Positions 40,053 to 48,321 of a stretch of 64,000 nt of DNA are shown here, one piece after another. The number at the start of each line of letters is the position of its first letter. Position 1 is the stretch's first letter. Source of the stretch: an uncultured Bacilli bacterium (GTDB lineage: Bacteria > Bacillota_I > Bacilli_A > RFN20 > CAG-288); NCBI GenBank assembly GCA_944332485.1, contig CALVKB010000001.1:22924-86923 (forward strand), read 5' to 3'. The position numbers were made by a program, and so were the translations under genes. The notes beneath the pieces were generated by a model. The model was not told where the DNA came from and did not search any database. It was given only the letters and a program-made list of their open reading frames with translations.

Positions 40053-40337
40053 AATTTCAACCACCTTTATAATACAATGATAAATATATATTTTTATTTT
40101 ATTCAATTCAATATTTTTATTTTTGAAATATTAATAAATTGTTAATTTGCTTTGTAATAGGTATCATAATTGAAAAAGCAATTTATTTACACTATATAAA
40201 AGTTGCTTTATAATTTTTACTCTATTCTTTATGTTATACAAAAACAACAAAAAACGTAAAAAATTTCTTCATAAATTAAAGTTGAAAATAATATTATTTT
40301 TATTTATATTTTATATGGTTATAAGGGAGTTTTAAGT

Positions 40338-41834
40338 ATGCCAAAATTTCATTTTTTAGCAACAGATGGTATGACTAAAATCGACGGTCATAAATATCCG
40401 CATTGTGACACTCCGATAATCAAATACGATCCTGATAAGGTCTACATTCAAGCAGTAGATAACAAAGGTCTTCCTCTTAGTGAGATGGTCAAAGTTAATG
40501 ATACTGTTTGTGTTGGTACAGTGTTAGGAATACGTAACGATTTCAATTTACCCGTTTACTCTTCAGTGAGTGGTAAAGTTGTCGCAATCGAAAAGAAAAC
40601 CTCCACAACAGTCGGAAGGTTAGTCGATCATTTTGTCATCGAGAATGACAAAAAATACACAAAAGTAAACTTGCCAAAACTTACTTCCAGAACTAAGGAA
40701 GCAGTGGTAGATTTACTCAAGAAAGGAAGCATCGTCGGTTTAGGTGGTGCCGGTTTCCCAACGTTCATCAAATACAATGTGAAACCTGGAACTGTCATTG
40801 ACACAATCTTAGTCAATGCGGTTGAATGTGAACCATATTTAACAACCGATTATGTGGAAGGTGCTAGAAGTGTCAACGATATGTTCTACGCTTTACCAAT
40901 TTTGATGGAAATCGTAGAAGCAAAACAAGCTATCATCGCTTGTAAAGAGAATAAAAAACACCTTATTGATGCAATCAAGAACGCTATCAATGAGCACAAG
41001 GAAGTCAATGCAAAATTGGTTTTAGTTAAAGACCGTTACCCGATGGGTTTTGAAAGAACACTCATCCGTGAAGTCTTAAAAAGAGAATATGAAGTTCTTC
41101 CAAGTGAATGCCACGTTATCGAAAACAACATTCAGACACTGGAAGCTGCTGGAAGACTTTTCAGAGATGGTGAAGTTATCACCAGACGTGTTATCACCAT
41201 CGCTGGTGAAGCTGTCGCAACACCAAACAACTATGATGTTCCAGTTGGAACCATGTTAAATGACATAGTTGTTAATAACGGTGGTTACAGCTGTGAGGAA
41301 GTCAAGGTTATCAATGGTGGTCCGATGTGTGGTAAAGCTGTCTTGACAACCGAAATACCAGTTTTACTTCAAACCGGTGGTTTCACAATCTTACATAGAT
41401 ATGACATCAAAGCTGAACCATGTTGGAAATGTGGTGCTTGCGTTGATCACTGTCCTATGGGATTACAGCCAGTGCAAATTCAGATGGCTATCAATAGAGG
41501 AGATGTCGAGCGTTGCCACGATCTCCAAGTTGAAAAATGTGTTGAATGTGGATTATGTTCATTTGTCTGTCCAAGTCATATCGATGTTTCCGCAAATGTC
41601 AGCAAAGCTAAATTGATGGCAAGGTTGAAATTCAAACCTGGTGTCAAATCACAAAAAGAAGAACAACGTGAGAAGATAAAAGCTTCACTTCAAAAATTCA
41701 AAGATCTCTTCAAAAAGAAAACTCCAGAGGAGAAAAAACTTATTGAAGAGAAGAAAAAAGAAGCAAAAGAAGCAAAACTTAGATCAAAACAACAAAAGCA
41801 AGAAGTTAAACAAACAGAAAAGGAGGGTAACTAA
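40338..41834 (+). CDS. rnfC: Rnf electron-transport complex subunit C
   Basis: GLGGAGFPT NADH/FMN site; two 4Fe-4S motifs CWKCGACVDHCP and CVECGLCSFVCP; Lys/Glu-rich C-terminal tail. Confidence 0.93.
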   Translation: MPKFHFLATDGMTKIDGHKYPHCDTPIIKYDPDKVYIQAVDNKGLPLSEMVKVNDTVCVGTVLGIRNDFNLPVYSSVSGKVVAIEKKTSTTVGRLVDHFVIENDKKYTKVNLPKLTSRTKEAVVDLLKKGSIVGLGGAGFPTFIKYNVKPGTVIDTILVNAVECEPYLTTDYVEGARSVNDMFYALPILMEIVEAKQAIIACKENKKHLIDAIKNAINEHKEVNAKLVLVKDRYPMGFERTLIREVLKREYEVLPSECHVIENNIQTLEAAGRLFRDGEVITRRVITIAGEAVATPNNYDVPVGTMLNDIVVNNGGYSCEEVKVINGGPMCGKAVLTTEIPVLLQTGGFTILHRYDIKAEPCWKCGACVDHCPMGLQPVQIQMAINRGDVERCHDLQVEKCVECGLCSFVCPSHIDVSANVSKAKLMARLKFKPGVKSQKEEQREKIKASLQKFKDLFKKKTPEEKKLIEEKKKEAKEAKLRSKQQKQEVKQTEKEGN

Positions 41835-41836
41835 CT

Positions 41837-43702
41837 ATGGTCAAAACTGCAATTCAAAATTCACCCCATCTCAGAGGTAAAAACTCGACCTTCAAGATGA
41901 TGATGGAATTTTTGATCGTCGTTAGCATTCTTTGGGTTTGTTCAATTATCTACTATTTTGTAGGTGATTTTGCAAATTATTACAGTGTCCAATACGGTCT
42001 TAAAGCCATCGGAATGGGTGTAAGCTGTGTTTTATTCGCATTTATAACCGATGCTATTTTCTATCTTCCTATCTTTTGGAAAGATGAGAAACGTCTCAAA
42101 CTTGCCAAAGGTGAAACAAGAGTTAAAAGTTACTTTAAGAAGTTGATTTTCAACTATTCTTACGTAACAGGTTTGTTGATTGCATTATTATTCCCAATCG
42201 GTACTCCTGTTTATGTATTATTTGTCTGTACTTTCATCTCCGTTTTCATCTTCAAAAATCTCTTCGGAGGTTTTGGAGCCAACATCTTCAATCCAGCTAT
42301 CATAGGAAGAGTTATCGGACAGATAGCATTTGCTGGCCAATTGAAAACATATCTTGGTGAAAATGCACCTACCTCTGAATTTTTAAACAGCGGTGCTTCC
42401 TTGACAAGCCAATTTGCTGGTACATCAAATTCAATCGGATATGGATTTAGCCAAATTTCAACTTTGAATCTTTTCATAGGAAATTATGTTGGAACCTTAG
42501 GTGAAACATTCGCTATTGTCATAATCATTCTCGCTGTTTATTTGATGGTTAGAAAAATCATCGACTGGAGAGTTGTACTTTCATTTGTTGTCACTTTCTA
42601 TTTGACATATTTCTTGATCAATCTCTGTTCTGGTAAAGGTGTGAATTCATTTGAGAATGCCTTTAGACAATTATGTGTCGGCGGTGCTTTGTTCGGTGCA
42701 GTATTTTGTTTAACAGACCCTGTTACAAGCCCAGTCAACAGAACCGGTAAGATAATCTTTGCAACAGGTAGTGCTTTGATTACTATCGTTATTAGAATTT
42801 TCGCATCTGCTCCTGAAGGAATGGCTTATTCAATCCTTGTTATGAATATGCTCGTCCCGATGATCGATTACTTCACAAGTGAAAGAACAAATAAACACAT
42901 GTGGAAAAAATACACCGCAATCTCAATCATCCCTGCTGCAAGTATCATATTAGGTTGTTCCTATGGTGGTGTTAATTATGTAGCTCCTGTCAAACCAGTT
43001 ACTCCTACAGGTGACGTGGTTTTATCAAAAATTAAAGTTTCAAATAACTATGCTGATTATGGCCATTATGAATTGAATGTCACTGTTGGTACAGATTTCA
43101 AGGTTTACCAAATTGAGATACTTACTCATTCATACACACTTGAAGATTCGTGGATTCAAGGTGGAAGTCATAGTCATGTGATGGAAACTGATTTTACAGA
43201 ATTTGTCAACACATATATTCCAACAGCTTCTAAAGCTATAAGTTTTGCAACTTACGATAATTGTTCATTAAGTGATATTAATAATATTCAAAGTAATTCA
43301 ACTGAAGCAACATATGGATTAGTTTTAGCTGTTCAAAAAGCTATCAATGAATACAAAGCTGAATATACAAAGATCACTGTCGATCATAAAGGTACACAGT
43401 ATTTCGATTCTTTCAGTGGAAATGTTTATATCAATGATGACAAAGTATATTACACTGAGATTACAGATGCTTCCATTGAAATGGATTGCACAATCGATGA
43501 ATTTTTAAATGGTGGCTCTCACACAACTGATACAAGTGTCGATTCAACTGAATTTTCAGAACGTTATATCAACCGTGGTGATGGTATTCCTTTCTCCGTT
43601 TTTGAAGGAACAAAAGTGACTGTAGCTGGTGCTACAATTACTTCCAGTGGATATATTGATTTTGTCAATGAAGCTATCCAACAATATAAAGCGAGCAAAT
43701 AG
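41837..43702 (+). CDS. rnfD: Rnf subunit D fused to about 260-aa C-terminal extension (extra TM + two repeat modules, the last with an FMN-binding-type VAGATITS motif)
   Basis: NqrB/RnfD core (about 350 aa, ends ...VMNMLVPMIDYFT), then an extra TM (AISIIPAASIILGCSYGG) and a soluble domain. That domain is paralogous to the C-terminus of the next gene (NVYINDDKVYYTEI...LNGGSHTT...VAGATITSSGYIDF). Confidence 0.85.
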   Translation: MVKTAIQNSPHLRGKNSTFKMMMEFLIVVSILWVCSIIYYFVGDFANYYSVQYGLKAIGMGVSCVLFAFITDAIFYLPIFWKDEKRLKLAKGETRVKSYFKKLIFNYSYVTGLLIALLFPIGTPVYVLFVCTFISVFIFKNLFGGFGANIFNPAIIGRVIGQIAFAGQLKTYLGENAPTSEFLNSGASLTSQFAGTSNSIGYGFSQISTLNLFIGNYVGTLGETFAIVIIILAVYLMVRKIIDWRVVLSFVVTFYLTYFLINLCSGKGVNSFENAFRQLCVGGALFGAVFCLTDPVTSPVNRTGKIIFATGSALITIVIRIFASAPEGMAYSILVMNMLVPMIDYFTSERTNKHMWKKYTAISIIPAASIILGCSYGGVNYVAPVKPVTPTGDVVLSKIKVSNNYADYGHYELNVTVGTDFKVYQIEILTHSYTLEDSWIQGGSHSHVMETDFTEFVNTYIPTASKAISFATYDNCSLSDINNIQSNSTEATYGLVLAVQKAINEYKAEYTKITVDHKGTQYFDSFSGNVYINDDKVYYTEITDASIEMDCTIDEFLNGGSHTTDTSVDSTEFSERYINRGDGIPFSVFEGTKVTVAGATITSSGYIDFVNEAIQQYKASK

Positions 43703-43713
43703 GAGGTTAATTT

Positions 43714-44820
43714 ATGTCAGAAGAATTGAAAGATAAAGTTAACAAAGAGGTTACTACCTCCCAAAATGAAGCTTCAAAAGACACTTCAAAAGAAAACAAA
43801 AAACAGAAAAAAGTGAAAAAAGCAAAAACAAAGAAACCTTTGAGCAATTTCATCTTATTCCCGATTGTTTTAGGTTCTGTATGTTTGATCTCGGCTGGTG
43901 CTATAGCTGGTATCAATTATTTAACTGAGCCAATCATCGCACGTAATGCTGAGAAAAAGTATCTCAAATCCTGTTACAAATTATTAGGTAACGAAAACAT
44001 CGACAAAACTCAAGGTACTGATGGTCTTAGTAAAGCTGATGTTCCAACAAGTGCCAGCTACATTTTGCAAGCTTACAAAGTCTTTGTCACCAGTGAATTT
44101 GCTTCAGCACATTCTGAATACTCCGATTTTTATTACTATGTCTTACAAACTCCATCCGGTTACAAAGGCAGTGTTACATTAGCTTGTATCATCGCTGGTA
44201 CATACGGAGAAGATGGCGTTTTGTATGATATGATGGCTATCGATACAACAAGTGAAGATGCACTTGGTGCCGGTCAACTTCAAAATGTGACTGTTAAACC
44301 TGGCTACACAGGTGAAGATGGTGATAATCTTTTAGATTCAGGTTACATCACCAGTGGTGCCACAGCAAAAGTCACTTTCAACGCTGTCGATACAGCTATC
44401 AAACAAGCTATCCAAGTGTTTGAAGGTAAGATTATCCCAACTATCGGTTATCAAAAAACTGAAGATGGTTATGAAATTTACTATAACGAACATAGTATTG
44501 AAAATATGACATACTCCAGTTTTACCGGATATGTCTACATCAAGGATGAGAAAGTCTACAATGTTGAAATTTTAAGTTCAACAAACACAATTGGTGCAAA
44601 AGATAACGCCTGGCTCAATGGTGGATCCTACAGTTATTACGAAGATATGTTAGATTTCACATCATTCTCCAACAAATATGTCAATGCAACTGATGGTGTG
44701 AGCTTCGATGTATTTTCAAGTGATCCAGTTTATGTTGCTGGAGCTACCCAAGCTACCGAAGGCTATGTTGAATTTATCAGAAGTACAATAGAATTGTACA
44801 ATGAACATCATAATAAATAA
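43714..44820 (+). CDS. rnfG: Rnf subunit G with additional C-terminal FMN-binding-like module (two SGAT-type motifs)
   Basis: K-rich N-tail, TM, RnfG/NqrC-like FMN_bind region with ITSGATAKVT. A second module YVYIKDEKVYNVEI...LNGGSYSY...VAGATQATEGYVEF follows. 368 aa, whereas RnfG is usually about 200. Confidence 0.8.
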   Translation: MSEELKDKVNKEVTTSQNEASKDTSKENKKQKKVKKAKTKKPLSNFILFPIVLGSVCLISAGAIAGINYLTEPIIARNAEKKYLKSCYKLLGNENIDKTQGTDGLSKADVPTSASYILQAYKVFVTSEFASAHSEYSDFYYYVLQTPSGYKGSVTLACIIAGTYGEDGVLYDMMAIDTTSEDALGAGQLQNVTVKPGYTGEDGDNLLDSGYITSGATAKVTFNAVDTAIKQAIQVFEGKIIPTIGYQKTEDGYEIYYNEHSIENMTYSSFTGYVYIKDEKVYNVEILSSTNTIGAKDNAWLNGGSYSYYEDMLDFTSFSNKYVNATDGVSFDVFSSDPVYVAGATQATEGYVEFIRSTIELYNEHHNK

Positions 44821-44831
44821 GGAGGTCGGAT

Positions 44832-45644
44832 ATGTCAGAAAATAAAATTAATACTGCTGATGTTGAAAAAAGTTCAGAAGTAGTGAACTCTGCTGAATCA
44901 ACTCAAAAAAGTGCAGTTAGTACCAAAGTTACTGATAAACCTAAAAAAGTGAAGAAACCGAATGAATTATTGAAAGTATTCACAAACGGAATCATCAAAG
45001 ATAATGCCTTGTTAGTGATGCTTCTTGGTTTATGTCCTTTATTCCCTTCAACAACCTCAATAAACAACGCTATTGGTATGTCAGTTGCTGTTTTGTTCGT
45101 TCTTTTCTTCTCGAACATCATCATCAGTTCAATACGTAAAATCGTACCAAGCAACATCCGTGTTCCTGTGTACATCGTTGTTATCGCAACATTGGTTACA
45201 ATCGTCGAATTGTTGATGAAAGCATTCACTGAGACATTGTATGAACAACTCTCAGTTTTCATATCTTTGATCGTTGTTAACTGTATCATCTTAGGAAGAG
45301 CCGAAGCCTTTGCAAGCAAAAACTCCGTTGGCAAATCAGCTTTGGATGCTTTAGGTATCTCAATTGGTTTTGCGATGGTTTTGCTTATTGTCGCCTTCTT
45401 CCGTGAAGTCATCGGTACAGGTGGAATAACATTTGTCAATCCATTCACCGGCGATACCTTATTCACATTCTTGCCACTTGCTGATTTTGCTGTTCCAGTA
45501 TTCGTTCAAAGTTTCGGTGGATTTGTCACATTCGGTTTAGTTTTGGGTGTCTTCACAACCATCACCATGTGGAACAACGACCGCAAGATGAAGAAAGAAC
45601 AAAAAGAAAAATTAGCTTTGCAACAAGCTAAAGGAGGTAAATAA
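44832..45644 (+). CDS. rnfE: Rnf subunit E
   Basis: NqrD/RnfE family LGLCPLFPSTTSINNAIGMS with six TMs. About 45-aa K/S/T-rich N-terminal extension. Confidence 0.9.
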   Translation: MSENKINTADVEKSSEVVNSAESTQKSAVSTKVTDKPKKVKKPNELLKVFTNGIIKDNALLVMLLGLCPLFPSTTSINNAIGMSVAVLFVLFFSNIIISSIRKIVPSNIRVPVYIVVIATLVTIVELLMKAFTETLYEQLSVFISLIVVNCIILGRAEAFASKNSVGKSALDALGISIGFAMVLLIVAFFREVIGTGGITFVNPFTGDTLFTFLPLADFAVPVFVQSFGGFVTFGLVLGVFTTITMWNNDRKMKKEQKEKLALQQAKGGK

Positions 45645-45646
45645 AA

Positions 45647-46252
45647 ATGGTATTTTTAACTACATTCATATCTTCCTTATTAGTTAACAACGTCATACTA
45701 AGTGGAACAAAAGGCCTTTGCTCCTACATCGGACTTTCCAAAGATAAAAAAGCAACTTTAGGTATGTCGATCGCTTTGATCGTCGTTTGTGTTTTATCAG
45801 GTTTGATCTCCTGGGGCTTAGCCGCTTTATTGACACTTATCAACGCAACTTATTTATCAACAATCGTCAGCATCCTTGTCATCGCATCATTTGTTCAACT
45901 TCTTGAGATTTTCATCAAGAAATTCCTCCCAAGTTTGTATAAATCATTGGGTATTTACTTGCCATTGATTACAACAAACTGTGTTGTTATGGGTTTGGCT
46001 ATTTCAATTTTCTCAACATACGCAAAATATATCGATGGTACTCTTAGCTCCCTTGATAGTGCTTTGACCATCCTTGGTATGATCTTAGCTTATCCATTAG
46101 GTTACTTCATGGTTATCTATGTCTTTGCTTTCATTCAAGAGAGAATTCAAAACAACAACGAAACTCCACGTGGTTTCAAAGGTGCTGCTATCGCTTTTAT
46201 CGCAACAGCTGCTATGTGTTTAGCAATTTACGGCTTCACCGGACTTGTTTAA
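45647..46252 (+). CDS. rnfA: Rnf subunit A
   Basis: NqrE/RnfA family; six TMs; 201 aa. Confidence 0.9.
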   Translation: MVFLTTFISSLLVNNVILSGTKGLCSYIGLSKDKKATLGMSIALIVVCVLSGLISWGLAALLTLINATYLSTIVSILVIASFVQLLEIFIKKFLPSLYKSLGIYLPLITTNCVVMGLAISIFSTYAKYIDGTLSSLDSALTILGMILAYPLGYFMVIYVFAFIQERIQNNNETPRGFKGAAIAFIATAAMCLAIYGFTGLV

Positions 46253-46267
46253 TAGAGGTTTGTTAAT

Positions 46268-46588
46268 TTGCTTTATAACTCAAATTTAAACTACCTTTGG
46301 ATGGTTTTGATAGTTTTGGGGGCTGTTGGTATATTTGTAAGTTTGTATCTTATAAATAAAAAAACTAAGCCTCCAAAAGACTGTCCGAAGAACATCGTCG
46401 GTTGCCAAGGTTGCATGCTTAACTGCAATAGAAGAGAAGAGGATTTCAATGTCAGTGATTATTTAAATCCTGATTTGACGAAAGTCAGATACGTGAAAAT
46501 TGAGAAAGTTAAAAAACTTAAAAAAGAGCAGTATATGCAAGAATCAGATAAACTGATGCGTGAAATTTTAAGTCAATATAAAAAGTAA
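46268..46588 (+). CDS. Small membrane protein with CPKNIVGCQGCMLNC cysteine cluster (TTG start after AGAGG, or ATG at 46301)
   Basis: One TM then C-x6-C-x2-C-x3-C. Sits between rnfA and rnfB, where no canonical Rnf gene is expected. Confidence 0.4.
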   Translation: MLYNSNLNYLWMVLIVLGAVGIFVSLYLINKKTKPPKDCPKNIVGCQGCMLNCNRREEDFNVSDYLNPDLTKVRYVKIEKVKKLKKEQYMQESDKLMREILSQYKK

Positions 46589-46599
46589 AGGAGAATTAT

Positions 46600-46929
46600 A
46601 TGTTACCAGTTTGGGCACAGATTGTTTTAGCAATTGTTGTAGTTGTTTTATTAGGTGTTCTTTTCAGTATATTGATCGCTGTTTTTTCAAAATACTTCGC
46701 TGTTAAAGAGGACCCTCGCAAAGAGAAAGTTATGTCTTTAATTCCAGGTGTTAACTGCGGTGCTTGCGGTCATCCTGGTTGTTCTGGCTTAGTTGATGCA
46801 TTGATCAGCGGCAAAGAAACACACGTCAAACAATGTAAAGTCATCAAAGATGACAAAGCTAATGAGATCAAAAACTACCTTAATGAAACTCCCGGACCTG
46901 ATGGTCAAACTTTGAAGGTAGATTTGTAA
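46600..46929 (+). CDS. rnfB: Rnf subunit B, minimal form (N-terminal membrane anchor + single Cys-cluster domain; no ferredoxin-type domains)
   Basis: FAVKEDPRKEKVMSLIPGVNCGACGHPGCSGLVDA...C aligns with the E. coli RsxB N-terminus ([35 protein letters not shown]). Stops after 109 aa with no CxxCxxCxxxCP dicluster region. Confidence 0.8.
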   Translation: MLPVWAQIVLAIVVVVLLGVLFSILIAVFSKYFAVKEDPRKEKVMSLIPGVNCGACGHPGCSGLVDALISGKETHVKQCKVIKDDKANEIKNYLNETPGPDGQTLKVDL

Positions 46930-46948
46930 TAAACATTTATATATCGAT

Positions 46949-47419
46949 ATGAAATTAAATTCCAAAGCAAAAAAAAGATACAACTTCAATTTTCAAGATG
47001 TCATCTTTATTTTGCTTGGAATTTTTTTAGTTATAAGTTTGTTGTTGTACACATTGTTCGGTATCAATAGAAACGTCAACGAGAACTCTTTTGTTGTTAT
47101 AACTTACGCTGGTACCGAAATTTACAACAGACCTATAACTGAAGAGAAGGACCCATTGGTCATAACAAAACAGATGGGAATAACAGGAGATCCCGAAAAC
47201 AATATACTTTCAATAGGTCGTGAGTTTGATTTTGTCGGACCAACTGTTGAAGTGAGAATCGTCGATATGACAATTCAGGTTGTTCAAGAGGATTCACCAC
47301 ATAAAATCTGCTCTAACCAAGGAGTTGTGAAATACGCCAATACCCCCATCATCTGCGAACCAAATTATATACAAGTTGTCATCGTTGATTACTCAAGTGA
47401 CAAACCGGACAATATGTAA
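46949..47419 (+). CDS. Membrane-anchored NusG_II-domain-like protein
   Basis: N-terminal TM. C-terminal SPHKICSNQGVV...PIICEPNYIQVVIV resembles the CP(D/H)KICV..G.I...IVCLPN.V.I signature of NusG domain-II proteins that accompany flavin transferases. Confidence 0.5.
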   Translation: MKLNSKAKKRYNFNFQDVIFILLGIFLVISLLLYTLFGINRNVNENSFVVITYAGTEIYNRPITEEKDPLVITKQMGITGDPENNILSIGREFDFVGPTVEVRIVDMTIQVVQEDSPHKICSNQGVVKYANTPIICEPNYIQVVIVDYSSDKPDNM

Positions 47420-47421
47420 CT

Positions 47422-47943
47422 ATGAACATAGAAAGAATCGTCAGAATAAGCTTATTTGTAGCTTTATCAACAGTTATACACTTTTTTGAATCGATGATTG
47501 TTATTCCAATTCCAATACCTGGATTCAAGTTGGGATTAGCGAATATTGTCGGTGTTTTTGTACTATTTTATTATGGTTATAAAGATTATGTCGGAGTTAC
47601 TTTTTTTAGAGTTTTGTTAGTTGCTATTTTGTTCAGTGGTTTTGGAACTGGATTTTTATTAAGTTTTGCTGGTAATTTATTCGCAGTATTAATAACAACT
47701 TTGATCTACTTTTTAACACGAAGTAGCATATTCAGTGCTTCTGTTTTAGGAGCTATATTCCACTCCATTGGTCAAGTGTTGATGTACATGCTTATCTCAC
47801 AAAGTGTTTATATAATCACATATTTACCATATTTAGCTATTTTAAGTATGCTAAGTGGTTTCTTACTAGCTTTGATATGCCGTATGGTATTAATAAGAAT
47901 GCCAGAATACAAAGACACAAGTAAGATAAGAAGAAAAAGATAA
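47422..47943 (+). CDS. Gx-transporter family membrane protein ('heptaprenyl diphosphate synthase component I'-like)
   Basis: Five or six TMs with glycine-rich GFGTGFLLSFAGN. Usually partnered with NusG_II and FMN-binding or ApbE genes. Confidence 0.65.
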   Translation: MNIERIVRISLFVALSTVIHFFESMIVIPIPIPGFKLGLANIVGVFVLFYYGYKDYVGVTFFRVLLVAILFSGFGTGFLLSFAGNLFAVLITTLIYFLTRSSIFSASVLGAIFHSIGQVLMYMLISQSVYIITYLPYLAILSMLSGFLLALICRMVLIRMPEYKDTSKIRRKR

Positions 47944-48015
47944 AAAAGTGTTCTTTTTTTCTTTTATATAAATAAGTTCTTTAATATAATTAATGTTTGT
48001 TTATGGAGGTTTAGT

Positions 48016-48282
48016 ATGATTGTTAAATATACTTATAAACCAGTTGGAGTTTGCTCACAACAGATGGATTTTGAAATAGATGACCAAACAAATAAAATCG
48101 TCAGTTTGAAAGTTACTCGTGGATGCAACGGTAACTTAAAAGGTATCAGCAAACTTGTTGAGAATAGAAGTGTTGAGGAAGTTATAAGTTTACTTGAGAA
48201 TATCGAATGTGGAACAAAACACACCAGTTGCCCAGATCAGATCGCTCAAGGTTTAAAACAATTTTTAGCTATTAAAAATTAA
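48016..48282 (+). CDS. TSCPD-domain protein
   Basis: 88 aa with the literal TSCPDQ motif plus GVCSQQ and RGCNGN cysteine motifs. Confidence 0.7.
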   Translation: MIVKYTYKPVGVCSQQMDFEIDDQTNKIVSLKVTRGCNGNLKGISKLVENRSVEEVISLLENIECGTKHTSCPDQIAQGLKQFLAIKN

Positions 48283-48321
48283 TTGAATATCTTGAATCAT
48301 GAATACGAAAGGGGATATCAA

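Noticed and set aside
42400-42430. NSGASLTS in RnfD as the canonical flavinylation motif with Ser replacing Thr
   Set aside because: I cannot align it confidently to reference RnfD/NqrB by eye, so it is left unreported pending a proper alignment.
44903-45466. 187-aa minus-strand ORF inside rnfE
   Set aside because: It is antisense to a well-supported RnfE coding region and has no RBS or motifs.
47944-48321. Possible SAM-I (S-box) riboswitch upstream of metK
   Set aside because: The leader is too short and lacks the conserved S-box helices and kink-turn sequence. A TSCPD ORF occupies the space.
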